A stretch of 63,985 nucleotides of DNA, filler included, from Ionaspis alba (GCA_964255285.1; 3 parts of 3 records of this genome joined end to end with filler, not necessarily neighbours in it), one strand, 5' to 3'; positions 25,373 through 38,721 are shown, numbered from the whole stretch's first letter. Numbers and translations: made by a program. The notes: generated from the sequence alone by a model not told the origin.

Positions 25373-26610
25373 TCATGTCGTGTGTTCCCCCAAGCCGAAC
25401 ATGTTGATCGAATTGTTCCAGGCACTAAGCTCATCATCAATAACTTATTTTCAAGTTTCGGTATGGGAAGAAAGTTGACTCACGCTTCGCAAACTTCCTC
25501 TATAGTAATGCCCTTGATACTAGCGATAGCATAAGCCACTTGCGCTATCGCCGCTGGCTCATTCCGCCCCTTCACCATCAGTCCTCTTTCCCACTTCTCC
25601 TTCTTCACAGCTTTCGGTAGTGGCGGGGCTGAAACCCTGTGCTTGGCTGAGGCATGAGAAGCCCTCATTTCGCACTAGCATCATGTTGATTAGTACTGGA
25701 ACCAAGTTCACTTGGAGATGAAGGCCACACCCATGGACCATCAGTCTCAATTTGCAGCCTCTCGAGTGGGATTGCCCGGACAACATCTAGATTTTCTTCT
25801 GTCTTCATGCTACATCCGTTCACTCCGATATCGAGACCCATATCCACAAGCCTCTGCATTTCCTCAATTGTGCCGGTAAAGCTATGCACCAATCCCCGTT
25901 TTGGTAATCGAGCCAATCGAGGCGCCAGTAGTCTCTCAAAGTCTTCGCTGGCAGCCCGCGAATGGAGAAAGAGAGGTAGCTGCACACGAACTGCGAGATC
26001 CAGCTGGGCTTCGAAGTACTTCAGCTGTGGCTCCTTTTCGGTAAGGTAAAGCCTGTCGTAGTCCAAGCCGACTTCACCGAAGGCTACTGCGTAACCACCC
26101 TCCTTGGAAGCAATGGCGAATGTTTCAAGGTCTTTCAGCAGCGCATCAGGGCCGTCAGGATGAGAGTCGAACGACTTTGCAGAACATGGGTGGACACCAA
26201 CTGTTGCATAGCAGAGTCCAGCTACAGCACATCAGCCTCGTGCCTACAAGATCCATTCCCGTAGCCGGTATATCGGAGTTTATCTTACGATGCTCTTTTG
26301 CAACGTCTACTGCTTTTCTCGATTCTTGGAGATCTGACCCGGTGACCATGAATTTGACACAGCCAATATCGACAGCCCGCTTCAAGACTTCGTCAAGATC
26401 GTCCTCGTGCGCTTTCTTGCCATGATATATACCGCGATATATTGGGTCGCCGAGGTTGATGCCGATCTAAGCTGCGATTAGACAGGCAGATTTCGCAATG
26501 TTGGGATATAACTTGGGATGCTGACCTACGTCCGCGAATTTAAGCCTGTTCGCAGGCACAGCGATCACCTCGCCATTGACGGCTGGAACAGGGGATCTCG
26601 AGATGAGCAT
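25373..26610 (-). CDS. TatD-family DNase, multi-exon
   Basis: D|IGINL, TVGVHP, GEVGLDYDRL, LPLFLHSR, VHSFTG, ETDGPW and GRNEP motifs. Four introns. Start codon uncertain. Confidence 0.92.
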
Positions 26611-27280
26611 TCTAGGCTCACTGGCAGAGGTAGGGAGAGAAGCTCCGATTTTCGAAGCCACTGTAAGAAAATGAGCAGGTTTTGGGAAGCTACGGGAAAG
26701 AGGTAAAAGGTAACTCACTCCTGCGGACAAATTTATGCCTTATAGTTCGAGGACCAGTGATGAGTCCAGTAGCATGATATAGTATGGAACGGTACATGTA
26801 TTATCATTATCGAGACTGCTGGTACTGTGTTTTCTTGACGAAGACCTCGAATGGTGAGGTAGACGTGCAAGAGATTGGCCAATGGGATTGCTTGCGCCGA
26901 ATGCTACGACAGGGGTACAAATGCTACAACATTGCCTTCAATTGAAAGGTTGGCAGTTTGTCCACATGATCGAGGATTTCGACACGATCTCTATCCAAGT
27001 TCTCAAGATTGAAGTTGGTCGAGTCGCGGTTGAACTGTCTTCGAAAGATCTCCTGTTATGTGACATTGGTACCGAGCATAGACAGCGACAGTCTTAGATT
27101 TTAAGCTCATGGCCGTAATAGAACTATGGAAGAATGCCAATCTTCGTTATAAGATATGGAATATGTAATTGATGGTGATCATGAGTCTAAGTCGTGCGTT
27201 TACCTATGTTTTGTCTAAGCATACATATGTATATATGCATTGATGAGAACGCATATGGTGTCCAATCGATATTCACTCCA

Positions 27281-29201
27281 TCAACAACAGATCTTGCCTT
27301 TCCGATGCAGCTTGAATCCACCTGGAACTAGGTTTTGGAATACTTGCTGAGGGTCATAATGTCTTGACGTTGCTCGGAGCCGCTCGACATTCTGCCGACC
27401 ATAGCCAGCAATCGGATCCTGCGTTTCCAAGGCGTAGTTTAAATACAGAAACCTATGGTACATCCCTTTGCTTTTGGCATACTGTATCGCTTGCGCTAGA
27501 AGGCCTTCGACAGCCGCACGAATAGCCGCGTCGTCTTTCGCCAATCCCCATTGGATAGTGAGATCCAGCCCTTCGGTCGTGTTAGCTCTCATATTAAATG
27601 CAATAAGAGGAAGAGAACAGGGGTTGTCATACAAACAAGGTCGCCATCCTTGGGGCTCAGACCGAGAGAATTGCCTCCGCTGCGGACTGCCTTAGACGTA
27701 ATCGATCTTGGGATGGGCTGAAGCACAAAAGAGCCTTGAAATTGTTTAGCCGTCTGAAGAGGCTCGAAAGACTTTCGAGTAATTTCGAAGATATGGGCGA
27801 AGAGATTTGCATCGTTCGCAAAAGTAGAGGTTGCAAATAGCTGGCTATACGAGAAGTGTAAGTAAAAATACTTGTGGCCGCACTGATGCTGTATGATCAA
27901 CGTCACGGACAGCTCTCTCACTTACCGGAAGCCATTTGGTGTTCCGGCTCCTATTGAAAGAACGTCAGCCAATGATGGATACATTGAAACGATAGGACGA
28001 ACCGAGCTCGATTGTCAAGTCCGTGAGATTGGTGATTCGGAGTGTACTGGAAAGCTGGGGTTGAATGTTCGTGAAATTTTGTAGGATCTTAGGAAATGGC
28101 TCCGCCTTCGTAGACGTATATTGATTGGCGATGAAGCTAGGTCCTTTCGCAGTGAATATGTAGGAGTTGATGATCGAGGCGTAAGGATCGACATCGTTGC
28201 CGGAGGCCGTGGTGAAGTCTTGGAGATGTTTGAATTGCTCTGCAACGCTAGTGATGGGATAGATCCCGAATCCACCCCAGATCTTGCCTTGCTCAAAGGT
28301 TTTGAGGTCGAAGCGAGTAACGATGCCGAAGTTGTTGGTACCACCTTTCAAAGCTCTAAAAAGAGATGGATGGTCATAAGAGTTTGCGTTGACGATTTTG
28401 CCTGAGCCGAGGACGACCTGTAGAAGCTTCAGCATGTCCGTTCTGAAAGTAATGTCCTACAGAAGATTTTGTAACCTCGAAATTATCCACATTGTCGCAA
28501 GCAAATCCATAGCGCGATGCAAAGAATGAATTGCCACCTACCGTCAGAGTCAGCTTATCGCTCAAGATATTGGATGTCAAATTTTGCACCTCCAGTAATG
28601 AGGCCACCGACACCAACTTCGGATACTCTTCCACCAGATACTGCAAGCCCCATGGTATCAAGCTTCAGATAGATATCGAGCCATCGCGCTCCACCTCCCA
28701 CTGACGTTGTTTTGCGATCTTGACTAACCTCCACTTGTTTAATGGAACTGAGATCGACTGTTATGGCATTTTCGATATTCGCCGCTCGAGCCCAACTCAT
28801 GTGACCACCTCCGCGAACAGCGAACATGCAATTATATTTGGACAGCTCCTTGACCGCTACAGCAACATCTTCTGGACAGCTCGGAGAGATACGGCAAGCA
28901 GGCACGATTTCGGACGCCTGTTGAGTCCAATAGCCATCGGTGCCATTTTGCTGATCTTGAAAAGCTGGGTCTCTAGGAAAGAACACCTTGCCGCGAAGTT
29001 TCTTGTTGAGGTTCGAGCACTTTTTTGGAGCTCAATCAATGAAAATCTTTTGCCGAGCAAGTGGGGGCATCTTACACAACGGGAAGTACGCTTCGAGAAT
29101 AGATCCGTAACTGCGGGATCGCCACACGATGGGCTGCAGACTCCTGCGCGCACAATCCATGCAATAACAATTGCCAAGAAAGGTGTTGATAAAAAGAGCA
29201 T
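27281..29201 (-). CDS. Secreted FAD-dependent oxidoreductase (VAO/berberine-bridge-enzyme-like); 6 introns
   Basis: Signal-peptide-like MLFLSTPFLAIVIAWIVRAG, FAVRGGGH (covalent-FAD His position), VGVGGLITGGG, LKGGTNNFGIVTRFD, YLNYA, YDPQQVFQNLVPGGFKL. Confidence 0.9.
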
Positions 29202-30873
29202 GTTAAGAGGAATATAACGGCAAAGAATTGAGGAGAAACTCTCTGCAAATATAGTAGAGAGCACGCTGACGGAAGGAATGCAGTAAACAGAGCACTGATC
29301 AAGGAATGTTATTTGATCCATCAGCAAGTTCCGACGATCACCTAATCAAAATGAACCTAGCCAGGGACGACAGAATAAGAACGGGACTGTCTCTCCTCCA
29401 CGGACCAAGCGGATGGTCGTCATCCCGCCGAAGCTTCCCCACGGATGTAGTATTCCAAAAGAGGATCAATTTGACTGGGACGGGACGTGCGACCTTCCTG
29501 AGGAGCATAAGCCGAAAGCGCACCATTGGATTTCCAGGATTGCCAGGATTCGTTACGGCACTACGAGTAAGATGCATCTTATCATTCGGGACCGTTTGGC
29601 CCCACCCGTCGCTGTGCCGTATGTTCGTGGCGGGTTCGAAAGGAAGATCCATCTGATGTTGAGCTCGTGGCTGGAAAGCTAACGGTAAATCTCAGGCGCG
29701 CGTTATCCGCGCCAAACGAATGGAACTCGAAATCCATGTCTACCGTAATTACACGAAAGGGTCCTTTCTTTCAGCTCGATGTAGGCAATCTTGTCCAGAC
29801 CTTCCCTCTTGTTTCTAACACGCCGTATGATCTCAGAGATCGGCCAAGGAAATCAGGAATGAGGATTCAGGTACTGCGCTTGGATCTCCTGTGAAGGCAA
29901 CTATGCCGACTAGACTGGAAAACTGCAGCTCCATGGATCTGGGTACGGATCGAGAGGTGGTACTATGAGAAAACTCTATGGTTTAACTATATTATCCATC
30001 CCCACGGACTACATACAGGGTCCAAGTTCGGCTTACAAGGTAAAAAGCGCAGGATCACCTTTTGTTGGTGCGGCTCGATGCGAGATGACGGGCCTGTCTT
30101 CAAATGGTAGGGGTGCTGCGGGAGCTGTTGCATTTGGAGCATGATCTGTCTGCTGTCGCTATTTGCTTGGAAATTTTTGCTCAACCCCTACGATCTCATA
30201 CAATCTTCTTTAGAGATCAATCTCTGCATCTTGTTCAAAATCTCCTTGCTATTGAATCTCTGTGGTATTCATATCGCTTTTGTGACTGGCTGGGCTCGAT
30301 TTGACTCCCCCTAGCCGACGCGTGTCAAGGATGTGAAGTTGTGCCGCTCCTCTGCAGCTCGCAGCCTGCAGCCGAGATTTCCTGCAAATCGTTAGAAACT
30401 TGGAGCTGCCATGAATACCGTTGGCTACGGCATTCCAAACTTTGACTTGGAGTTTGGACGGGCCTGAAGCCAATTCGGTCTCACTCTCCCAAATACCAGA
30501 AAAAGAGATGCAGACGCATTGGATAGATGCCTTCGAATGCAATAGGCGCAGTACAATTCCTGCAGAGACTCGTCGCTCTTAGATTGACTTGCGATGGGAG
30601 ACATGTTTCGTCTTATCCGCGGATGCGGATTTGACTCTAGCATTCCCAAGCTTTCTCGCCATCTGCTTCGTCTGCCCTTACTGCAGGACTTTTTGTGGGA
30701 AGTCTTTGCACGCCCCTTGCATCAGCAGTGATGATAGCCGTAATGAGCATCGCTCTTGTTCGAACTTGAGCAAGACTATTATGTGAATTTCATTCCTCTT
30801 GACCTCCCGATTCTCGCACCACAGCAGGATCTACACCATTGAGATCTCGAAAGCGCAATGCCTGAGCTTAACG

Positions 30874-32276
30874 ATGTCGGCGGCATTACTCCTCGAATGC
30901 TTTTGGTATGAAGACTGTTGCTGCGTATATTTCTGCTTTGCTAATGTGATGGAGGGGGTCATGTGGGGTTTGATCGGGCTCGCTGTCGTCTTCACCGTTG
31001 TGAGAACGTGGATACGCTTCCACATCTCGGGCAGACTATTTGTCGACGATGGCTTTGTCTTCTTCGCTCTAACTACCCTCATTGCCATGGCGATCCTATA
31101 CACCCTGGTTGCCAACACGATATTCGAGATCGTCGCTGTATCAAATGGCAAGACAATGCCGTCTCCCAACTTCATGGAGGCTGGCTCCTTTTTCCTGAAG
31201 TGCCAATTTGCCATCATTCTTCTCTTCTGGACAACGTTATGGGCTGTCAAAGCTTCATTCTTGACGTACTACAAGAATCTGTTTCATGGACTTCAACCTT
31301 ATCTGCAGAAATGTTGGTGGGTTGTCACGATCTTTGCAATCCTCGCGTACCTTGGTTGTTGGGCAACCCAACTACCGTCTTGTCAGCCAATATCGACATA
31401 CTTCACTCTCGGTGCATGTGAGACAAAGCAGGATATCTTCGTCTCAAATTTGTCTTTGTATTATGCGACAGCGGTGGACATATTATGCGATCTACTTAGT
31501 CGGTACACCTTCCAAGCTTAGCGTCGTTCACACACTGACTAGTGATGTCCAAACCCTAGTCATGGCGCTTCCACTCCGACTTCTTTGGGGATTACACGTT
31601 ACTCGTGGACAAAAGGCGGCTTTGGGGGCAATATTCGGTCTCGGAGCAATCATCATTGTCTTTGCGATCGTTCGAGTTATTTACACTAAAGCTACGACGC
31701 ATCATGTGGATCCGATTTGGTTGGCATTGTGGTCGATGGTGGAAGCCAGTGTCGGTATGGTCGCCTTATCTCTCGGCTCTTCCTCCCATGAGCCCCAGGT
31801 GACCGACTGACTTACCTTGTCATAAACTAGCTGTTATAGTAGCGTGTCTTCCCACTTTCCGCACATTCTTCTCAAAACGCTCAGGTTCTGCATATAAAAA
31901 CAACACTCGTTCGACGACCGACCCCAGCTCTCAAAACTCGCGAGCTCGCAAGAGTGCCATACCCCTGGAGCCTCTGAACCTAGAGCAGGAGATAGGGCCG
32001 GATGGGACACAATCTCGGGCGATCAGTCCTTACCTAGCTGATCGACAGCAAGCAAATGATAGGCGGATGGCATACACTGCAGGAGCAGAAAGGTTGGATA
32101 GGCTGAGCGTAGGGACTCAAGACAGATTCGTCGGCGACAGCCAGGAGAACATTCTACCAAAGATTCCTCATAACGTTGTACTTGTACGGAAGGATATTGT
32201 AAGTCCTTATTCCAGTGCTTTCGTCATTCTGCCTGCTGATACTTCTCCCAAGTACATGACTTCCGAAGCCGCCTGA
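30874..32276 (+). CDS. PTH11-like (fungal rhodopsin-domain) integral membrane protein without CFEM domain, multi-exon
   Basis: RTWIR...LFVDD, WTTLWAVKASFL, DILCDLL|VMALPLRLLWGLH, WSMVEASV|AVIVACLP pattern with about 7 TM segments and a cytoplasmic tail. Confidence 0.85.
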
Positions 32277-32587
32277 AGAGTGGCTTGGATAGCCAATCCT
32301 GACCGTGTACTGCAGTACTGTATATATACCGGTGATGGCGGGCAACTTTGGACATTGGAAGAGTTAGCTATGAATTTCGTATCCGATCGCATTTGTGGAC
32401 CATATTTGGAAACCCAGATCTGTTCCTACTCAGCGCGTGAACGATGCCATATCTTTCAGCATCGCTTGGAATGCCCGACGATCAGCGAAAGGAACTAGAT
32501 ATTCAGAAAGGTGTTTGGTTCATCTATACAAAGAGCGACAGACAGCAGTCTAGAGCAATTCTAAAATATATTTTCCACAACACACAA

Positions 32588-33908
32588 TCAGACAGATCCT
32601 GTCGAAATCTCCCATCGCTTCTCAACCATAATAGCCTCCGGAGCCTTTGGCACCATGTTATGTCCATGTTCGAGATCCTCCTGATCGACTCTTACTGCTC
32701 GCTTTGAAGTTCCCATTTGCTTTCCATGCCTGTGGTCTTGGCTCACAACACTCACGGTATTTAGTGGGTACATATTATCCAGCCTACTGAAACGCCCATT
32801 TCTTTGCCCGTTGCTGGAGAGAGATCGGCTCCATTTATAGCGACCGTCCTGATCAGGCCTGCTTCCAGAAATGCTCCACAATCGCTGGCCTGTAAGCTTG
32901 CTAATGGCAGGCTGGATGACGGGGAGGCAGCAGTTGATGAGGCCGAGTAATGGCTCCATAATCGACCAGAAAGTGATTGGGCCGAGGTGGCCAGAGGCGT
33001 CGAGGGGATCGAAGTCAACGATGACTTTGATCCGAATTGCTGTGATGACAATGATACTGATGCCAGTCAGCGACGATGGAGTTTTGAAGCGTGTGACGCA
33101 GACTGACAAGATGCCTAGAGAGAAAATAGCACTAATAATGAACTTCCGTTTCCTGTCCAACTGGAGACTCCACAGGACAGGTAGTGGTAACAAGATGATC
33201 AAGATATCCTCGATCATGTTGGTGAGTCCCACAGCCAACCACGCTTGCCCCAGATTGATACAGAACCCTCCTGGGTTGCCTGCGGGATCCCAAAGGTATG
33301 GCATTGGGAAGCAGCTGAGGAAGATTTCAAGGAGTGCGGAGAGACTGTAGAGAACAGCGAGCACCATCATGACATAAGCTGTTGTTCGGAACCATTTCTG
33401 AGGGAAGATAGTGGTGTAGAGATGGAGAATGGACAGTTTGACGAATGCGTTCGCAAAAGCCCATTCGGGTTTGATTCCGAATAACGACTGGAAAGGATCA
33501 GATCAAGCTACGATCCCGTGAATATGGAAATAGGGTACCTTCAGCACCTGACCGACATTATAGGCTCCAGTAACACTGGCTGGTTGTCCCAATCCAAAGA
33601 CAAGAATGGCTGGGTCCTCGTCAACAGTGTGCTCTGACAGAACGAAATGAACACTGACCATAAGTCGTGTGGGAAATCAAAGCAATGTTGAAGACCTTTA
33701 TAAGAATGAGAACAGTGCTTTCTTGCGGAGGACAAAGCGCGCTTACCAGCGCTGTAACGGCAAACCAGTCGTTGAGCATCAAGCTTTGCTTCCTGAGCCA
33801 TCGAGACCAAATGCGCAAGCCGACTGCAACAGCACCGAGGACAGCGAATATCCATCCACAGAAGAGAATTGTATACCCATAGGCATTGTAGTCAAGATGG
33901 CCTGCCAT
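32588..33908 (-). CDS. Second PTH11-like (fungal rhodopsin-domain) membrane protein, multi-exon
   Basis: LRIWSR...LNDW, VKLSILHLY, CFPMPYLWD, EDILIILLPLPVLWSLQL, WSIMEPLLGLINCCLP. Four GT-AG introns are readable. Confidence 0.87.
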
Positions 33909-36900
33909 CAGAACTACGTCAAAACAATAGATAAGCGTTTCAAGACTCAGTGTCGAGTATCAAGTAATGGACCGACATAGGAAAGAGAAGTGTCAGCTGG
34001 GAAGTAAGATTCTCTGTTTTCTTATACTGACCCCCACCGCCGTGCAATCAGCATATGGTGGATACTGGGACATGGAAATGGTGGTGCATTTTACCATGCA
34101 CATTGCGAACCTATGAGACAACTCCCAGCTCATATAGTCTCGAAATGGTTGATCAGCATTGCGCATTCAATAAAATCGCTTCCACCATCAAACAGGGATA
34201 TCTCGAATCAATAAACGTTGTGTGACCACCACAGAACAGGAGTCGGAACGATTTCTTGCAGCATCGCAGGCTATTATATGCATGTCGACGTCTTCAGAAT
34301 TGACTTGTTCGTTTGTTCAACCACACGAGACAATCTCCAGCGAGAGCTATCTTCAAAGGGTCCTCGATCATCCTTGTTCCTGCACTATCGAGGACGATAG
34401 TGGAGCCTGCCAACCGCTGCACAGAAGTTCTGGGCCTGAAGGCCATTCGTTCGAACCCGGCATCATTTGTGGCTGGAAGGTGCTCAAATTGAGACCGATA
34501 CAAAATTCCCCGATATTAATCCCACACCCCACGGAAGGTATGCAGAACGTCCATGTTGCAGGCGACCTGACGATGGATCAACTTGGCTTACAGGCTGCAT
34601 CGAGATCAACACTGCAATATCCCAAGCTGACATACCGCTAGACTCAGCAAATGTATGAATTCTACGAAGCCACTGGTCCCGAGCCTCCGGATCCTCCAGC
34701 GCCAAAGGGAAGGGCAATCTAAGCCCTAGCCGCACCAGTTGATTGACTGACATTTGACATGCATGGCCGATACTGCACACAGCCGTCGTGATGTGATTGC
34801 CCATTGGCTATCTGCAACGGGCCGGGCCTAGCGAGCTGTACGACTCTTCTACAGCCATGGAGCGCGTTCGTAACAGGCGTTGCTCATGCGGACGGAAGCG
34901 AGACTGTCCCAACTCTTGAAAATTCGACGTAGCATGCTCCTGCTCGTGTTTGGCCACTCTGACTGTATCTCGTGGAAGGGTAGAACATCAATGTCAAACA
35001 CCAGCTAGCTGTCTCCAAGTTGATGGTGTCTGACGGATACTGAGAAAGCCACCATACAGAGGACGCAACTGAGTCCCACGCGGCTTGCCCAAAACGGGCA
35101 AACCAAACTCGCAATCTAGTCGGGGAGTTGCTGACTGCCTGTGCGTGGGGCAGCCTTCCGGTGCTCAAAATTCTCGGCTTCCCTAGGAGGCGTAATGTGT
35201 GGCACAATTTGTCCTTTTAGTTTGCCAAACCGTTTCCATATCACGTCGAAGACAAAATAAATGATACACCGGAAAGTGGGTGGCCCATTATTGCGCAGCC
35301 AGATTGGTACTTAGGAGATGCATATAAAACCTCCGGTTTTTAGGGCATCTAGAGGGTTCAGCCTACTAAATATCTCCCCTGGTGGCTCATTTTGTTGTCA
35401 ACCGCGTGCATGCCCCAGTCGGCTGAAAAAGGTTTCGTTGCCGCTACATGGTTAGCGTAACTCGAGCAAAAAGACCCACGAAGGCCCTTAATCTGAGGAG
35501 ATAGAGAGCCACAAATTGGGGGATCGCCCTTAAGGTCTCCGATTCGCTAGGGATAATGCTAAATGTATACACTTTGTGTTTCATTTAATTACCTTATTAG
35601 CGATCTTATCAATTCTCCTTGGATATGTCAATATCGGCTCGTCCCTGCCTTCCAATGCTTTCCAATGCCTTAGTTTCCTTTGTTGTTGCGGCATACTTCG
35701 GTTCTTACTCTGTCCCTATATCTAGAGTTGTTTATAGAGTATAGACACGACAATGAAAGCTTCGCTCGAGCTCGGACTTGCATATATGGGCCGATCAGCT
35801 CTTGCTGTCGACAATGTTGCTTTGCTGCGGACTGTTGTTACCTGGGTATTCTCACTTTTCCCGATTCTGGTGCCTGTCGCTCTAGAGATCATGGACTGGA
35901 GTTCTGGACTGTAGGGGCTCCGTGATGATTCTTGTGGTATTTAGGTTACTTTGCCTACCAGAGACACCGGCTTACCGGACTTCGAAGTGTTTAGGGTTGA
36001 GGATCCTACTTCGCTTGCGTCGAGCAGTTGTCCTGCTTTGGCGTATTCTGCGCTTTGTCCTATACCATGACAGATTGACGAGGAAGAGAGCGCTAGAATG
36101 ATGCTCAAATTCCAACCCACCTACATCTGCTTTTTTTACCAAATAGCTTTCGAATGCCAGACAAAAGTATGTGGATGGTCGTAGCTGACTGCCAGCTGGA
36201 CTCGGTCAACCTTGGATCAGCTGTTGAATGCAACACAAACCGAGAAGGCGAATTAGAGGAAACGGGTCAGAAACGGTAAACCGATTGACTTTCACTCGTA
36301 ATTAGTACTCGTTTGAAGGATCGTTACGCTGTTCAATGCTCGGACATGAGTGGTATCGAGCGTTCGAAACAGGTAGTGAAAAGCACGGCACTTGTGCCGG
36401 GAGTCTATGGCGCTCATCGAATGATCGCCCGTCACGACTTCATATTGCGTCGCAGTTCCTGAGTGGCTGAAGTATATTTGGACCTCAGCTAGAGTGGGAA
36501 CGTTGAGCTAGAATTCCCGCCACCAGCATCATTTTCCGTTCGACGAGTCAGTCGGAACCTCATGGAAGTAGCTTTTATGCTTGTTTTCTTTTTTTCCCTC
36601 TTCATCCTTCTTCTCCTCGGCCATATCGGTTGAGCTATCCTTCGCCGATCACAATGTGCGGATCTCTTCGATCCAAATGTTCAAGTAGAGTCGTACCGGG
36701 CCCGAAGACCTCCATCCAATGATAGAGGCTGGCTGCAGATCCACGGCAGGCTTGCCAATGAAAAGCCACTCGATCTTGATTACAGGGCTAGTGCATAATC
36801 TGGAGGAGATCGGAAGCTGAAAGCGTCGTTCATGAATTGTGGTTAAAGAATTCATCGAGGAGCTCAGCTTCTTCAAGCATACAGAAATATGGAAGCAGAC

Positions 36901-37835
36901 CCTGTCATTCAGGAGGCATTCCCCATACGAATGATTTGTCAACAGTGACTGTCCATTCAGATCACACAGATTAGACAAAAACCAAAGCTGAGCCTCGTAC
37001 GTGGATTCCAAGGGGCTTCAAGTATTCCCTAATGGAGCGGAAGAGGGGAACGCCACAGGCTGGATAGGTGCTAGAGTTGGAGGGCACAGGGGAAGGAAAT
37101 GCATCGTCGTCACCACCTAATTAAGCGAAGTCCNNNNNNNNNNNNNNNNNNNNNNNNNNNNNNNNNNNNNNNNNNNNNNNNNNNNNNNNNNNNNNNNNNN
37201 NNNNNNNNNNNNNNNNNNNNNNNNNNNNNNNNNCAGGTGACAGCCTTGTCCTTCGCTCATCCATGGAATCAACGACACCTATCCAACTATCCACCGACAA
37301 CGGACCATCGAAGATCGGGATGATGGCAACGGGTAGGAAAGTCTCCAATAATGGAAGACATGGGTCATTCAACCCCGAGGCCAACTGTGGCTGAAGAGAT
37401 CCCAGCAGACCTGGATAACAAACGCCCTGCCGGATGTGATTGCTGGCATATTTATACCGTCTATTGCCTCATCTCCCCACGAGATGTATCCTCCCAAGCG
37501 CGATTCAACGTGGATCTTCAGAAGAACGTGCCAGACCCATTTGTTACGAGTCCAGGGTATATCTGGGCGCGGACTACCAGCCTCCTCATCGTGGGACTAT
37601 TGACAAGCTAGACTTGACACTACACGTCAACGACTTGACATGACCTGAGCAGACTTAAGCTTAAACAGCTTTCATTATCAGCCTCAAAGCTTCCCTCTGA
37701 TCAACATCTGTCAAGCTGCGCGTACGGCTTACGTGCGGAAGAGTACCCTTGTTCTGAACTGAAACATCCTCAAGGTCAAGGTATCGTAGCCATCTCGAAC
37801 CCTCTATCTTCATCAAAACCTGACCTGTCAACCAG

Positions 37836-38567
37836 ATGTCCTACTCCATGCTATCCCAAGACCCATCTCGTGGTTATTCCAACCAATCTCCCACCAACGC
37901 AAGACAACCACCCCATCAGCATCCATCACAGACGCAGACCTACCCACAACCTCAATTCCCGAACTCCACCTCTGCATTTGCCGATCCACCGCCGGAACCG
38001 CCAGCTCCCCACCCAGCCACGGACCCCCAGTTCGACATTTTCGAATGGTACCCCAAATACCAGTCCTGCCAGCGCTACTTCCTCGACCACGCTCAGCACG
38101 ATGGCCCTGTCCTCGCCCTCGCCGCCTTCCTCAATATCCTCCTCCCTTCCCAACGCCACCCAGCCATCCGCGCCGCAACGACACATCCGCCGTCCCCACA
38201 CCCAACTCACGTCACATTGATCCCTTACCTGCGCCGCCTCGTCGTCACTGGCCTCGACTTCCCTGGTATTCTACACGGCTTCTTCGGTGACGATTGGGCT
38301 CAGGGCGTTGGTCCACTACACGAGCAGGAGCGTAGGAACTATCTCTTTGCGGCTAAAAGTGGTGGGTGGGCGGTTGTCAAGAAGGACTACGATATGTTGC
38401 CTCTCGAGACTGTTCCGTTTCTGAGGCCGTTGCAGGCCGTGTCGGACTCTGAACTTGTGGGTGCGGAAAGGACTTGGAGTGATTGGCTTGCGATGGAGGA
38501 TTGGATGGTTGGACCTAGAGCGCCGAGGGAACAGGGAGAGAACAGGGAAAGTACACATGAGAATTAG
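37836..38567 (+). CDS. Fungal protein of unknown function (243 aa), Pro/Gln-rich N-terminus; probable 5'-UTR intron 37781-37835
   Basis: Single-exon ORF with strong coding-like composition. The globular part (YFLDHAQH, IPYLRRLVVTG, FFGDDW, ERRNYLFAAKS, WLAMEDW) resembles a conserved Pezizomycotina family. Confidence 0.8.
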   Translation: MSYSMLSQDPSRGYSNQSPTNARQPPHQHPSQTQTYPQPQFPNSTSAFADPPPEPPAPHPATDPQFDIFEWYPKYQSCQRYFLDHAQHDGPVLALAAFLNILLPSQRHPAIRAATTHPPSPHPTHVTLIPYLRRLVVTGLDFPGILHGFFGDDWAQGVGPLHEQERRNYLFAAKSGGWAVVKKDYDMLPLETVPFLRPLQAVSDSELVGAERTWSDWLAMEDWMVGPRAPREQGENRESTHEN

Positions 38568-38721
38568 GTGTTTGTACGAGATCTAGATGGGGCATGAGTT
38601 GTGCACTTTCTGGCTGTNNNNNNNNNNNNNNNNNNNNNNNNNNNNNNNNNNNNNNNNNNNNNNNNNNNNNNNNNNNNNNNNNNNNNNNNNNNNNNNNNNN
38701 NNNNNNNNNNNNNNNNNATTG

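Noticed and set aside
27281..27307. C-terminal HRKGKICC as a prenylation signal on the FAD oxidase
   Set aside because: The protein has a signal peptide and would not meet cytosolic prenyltransferases. More likely a neutral extension after GGFKL.
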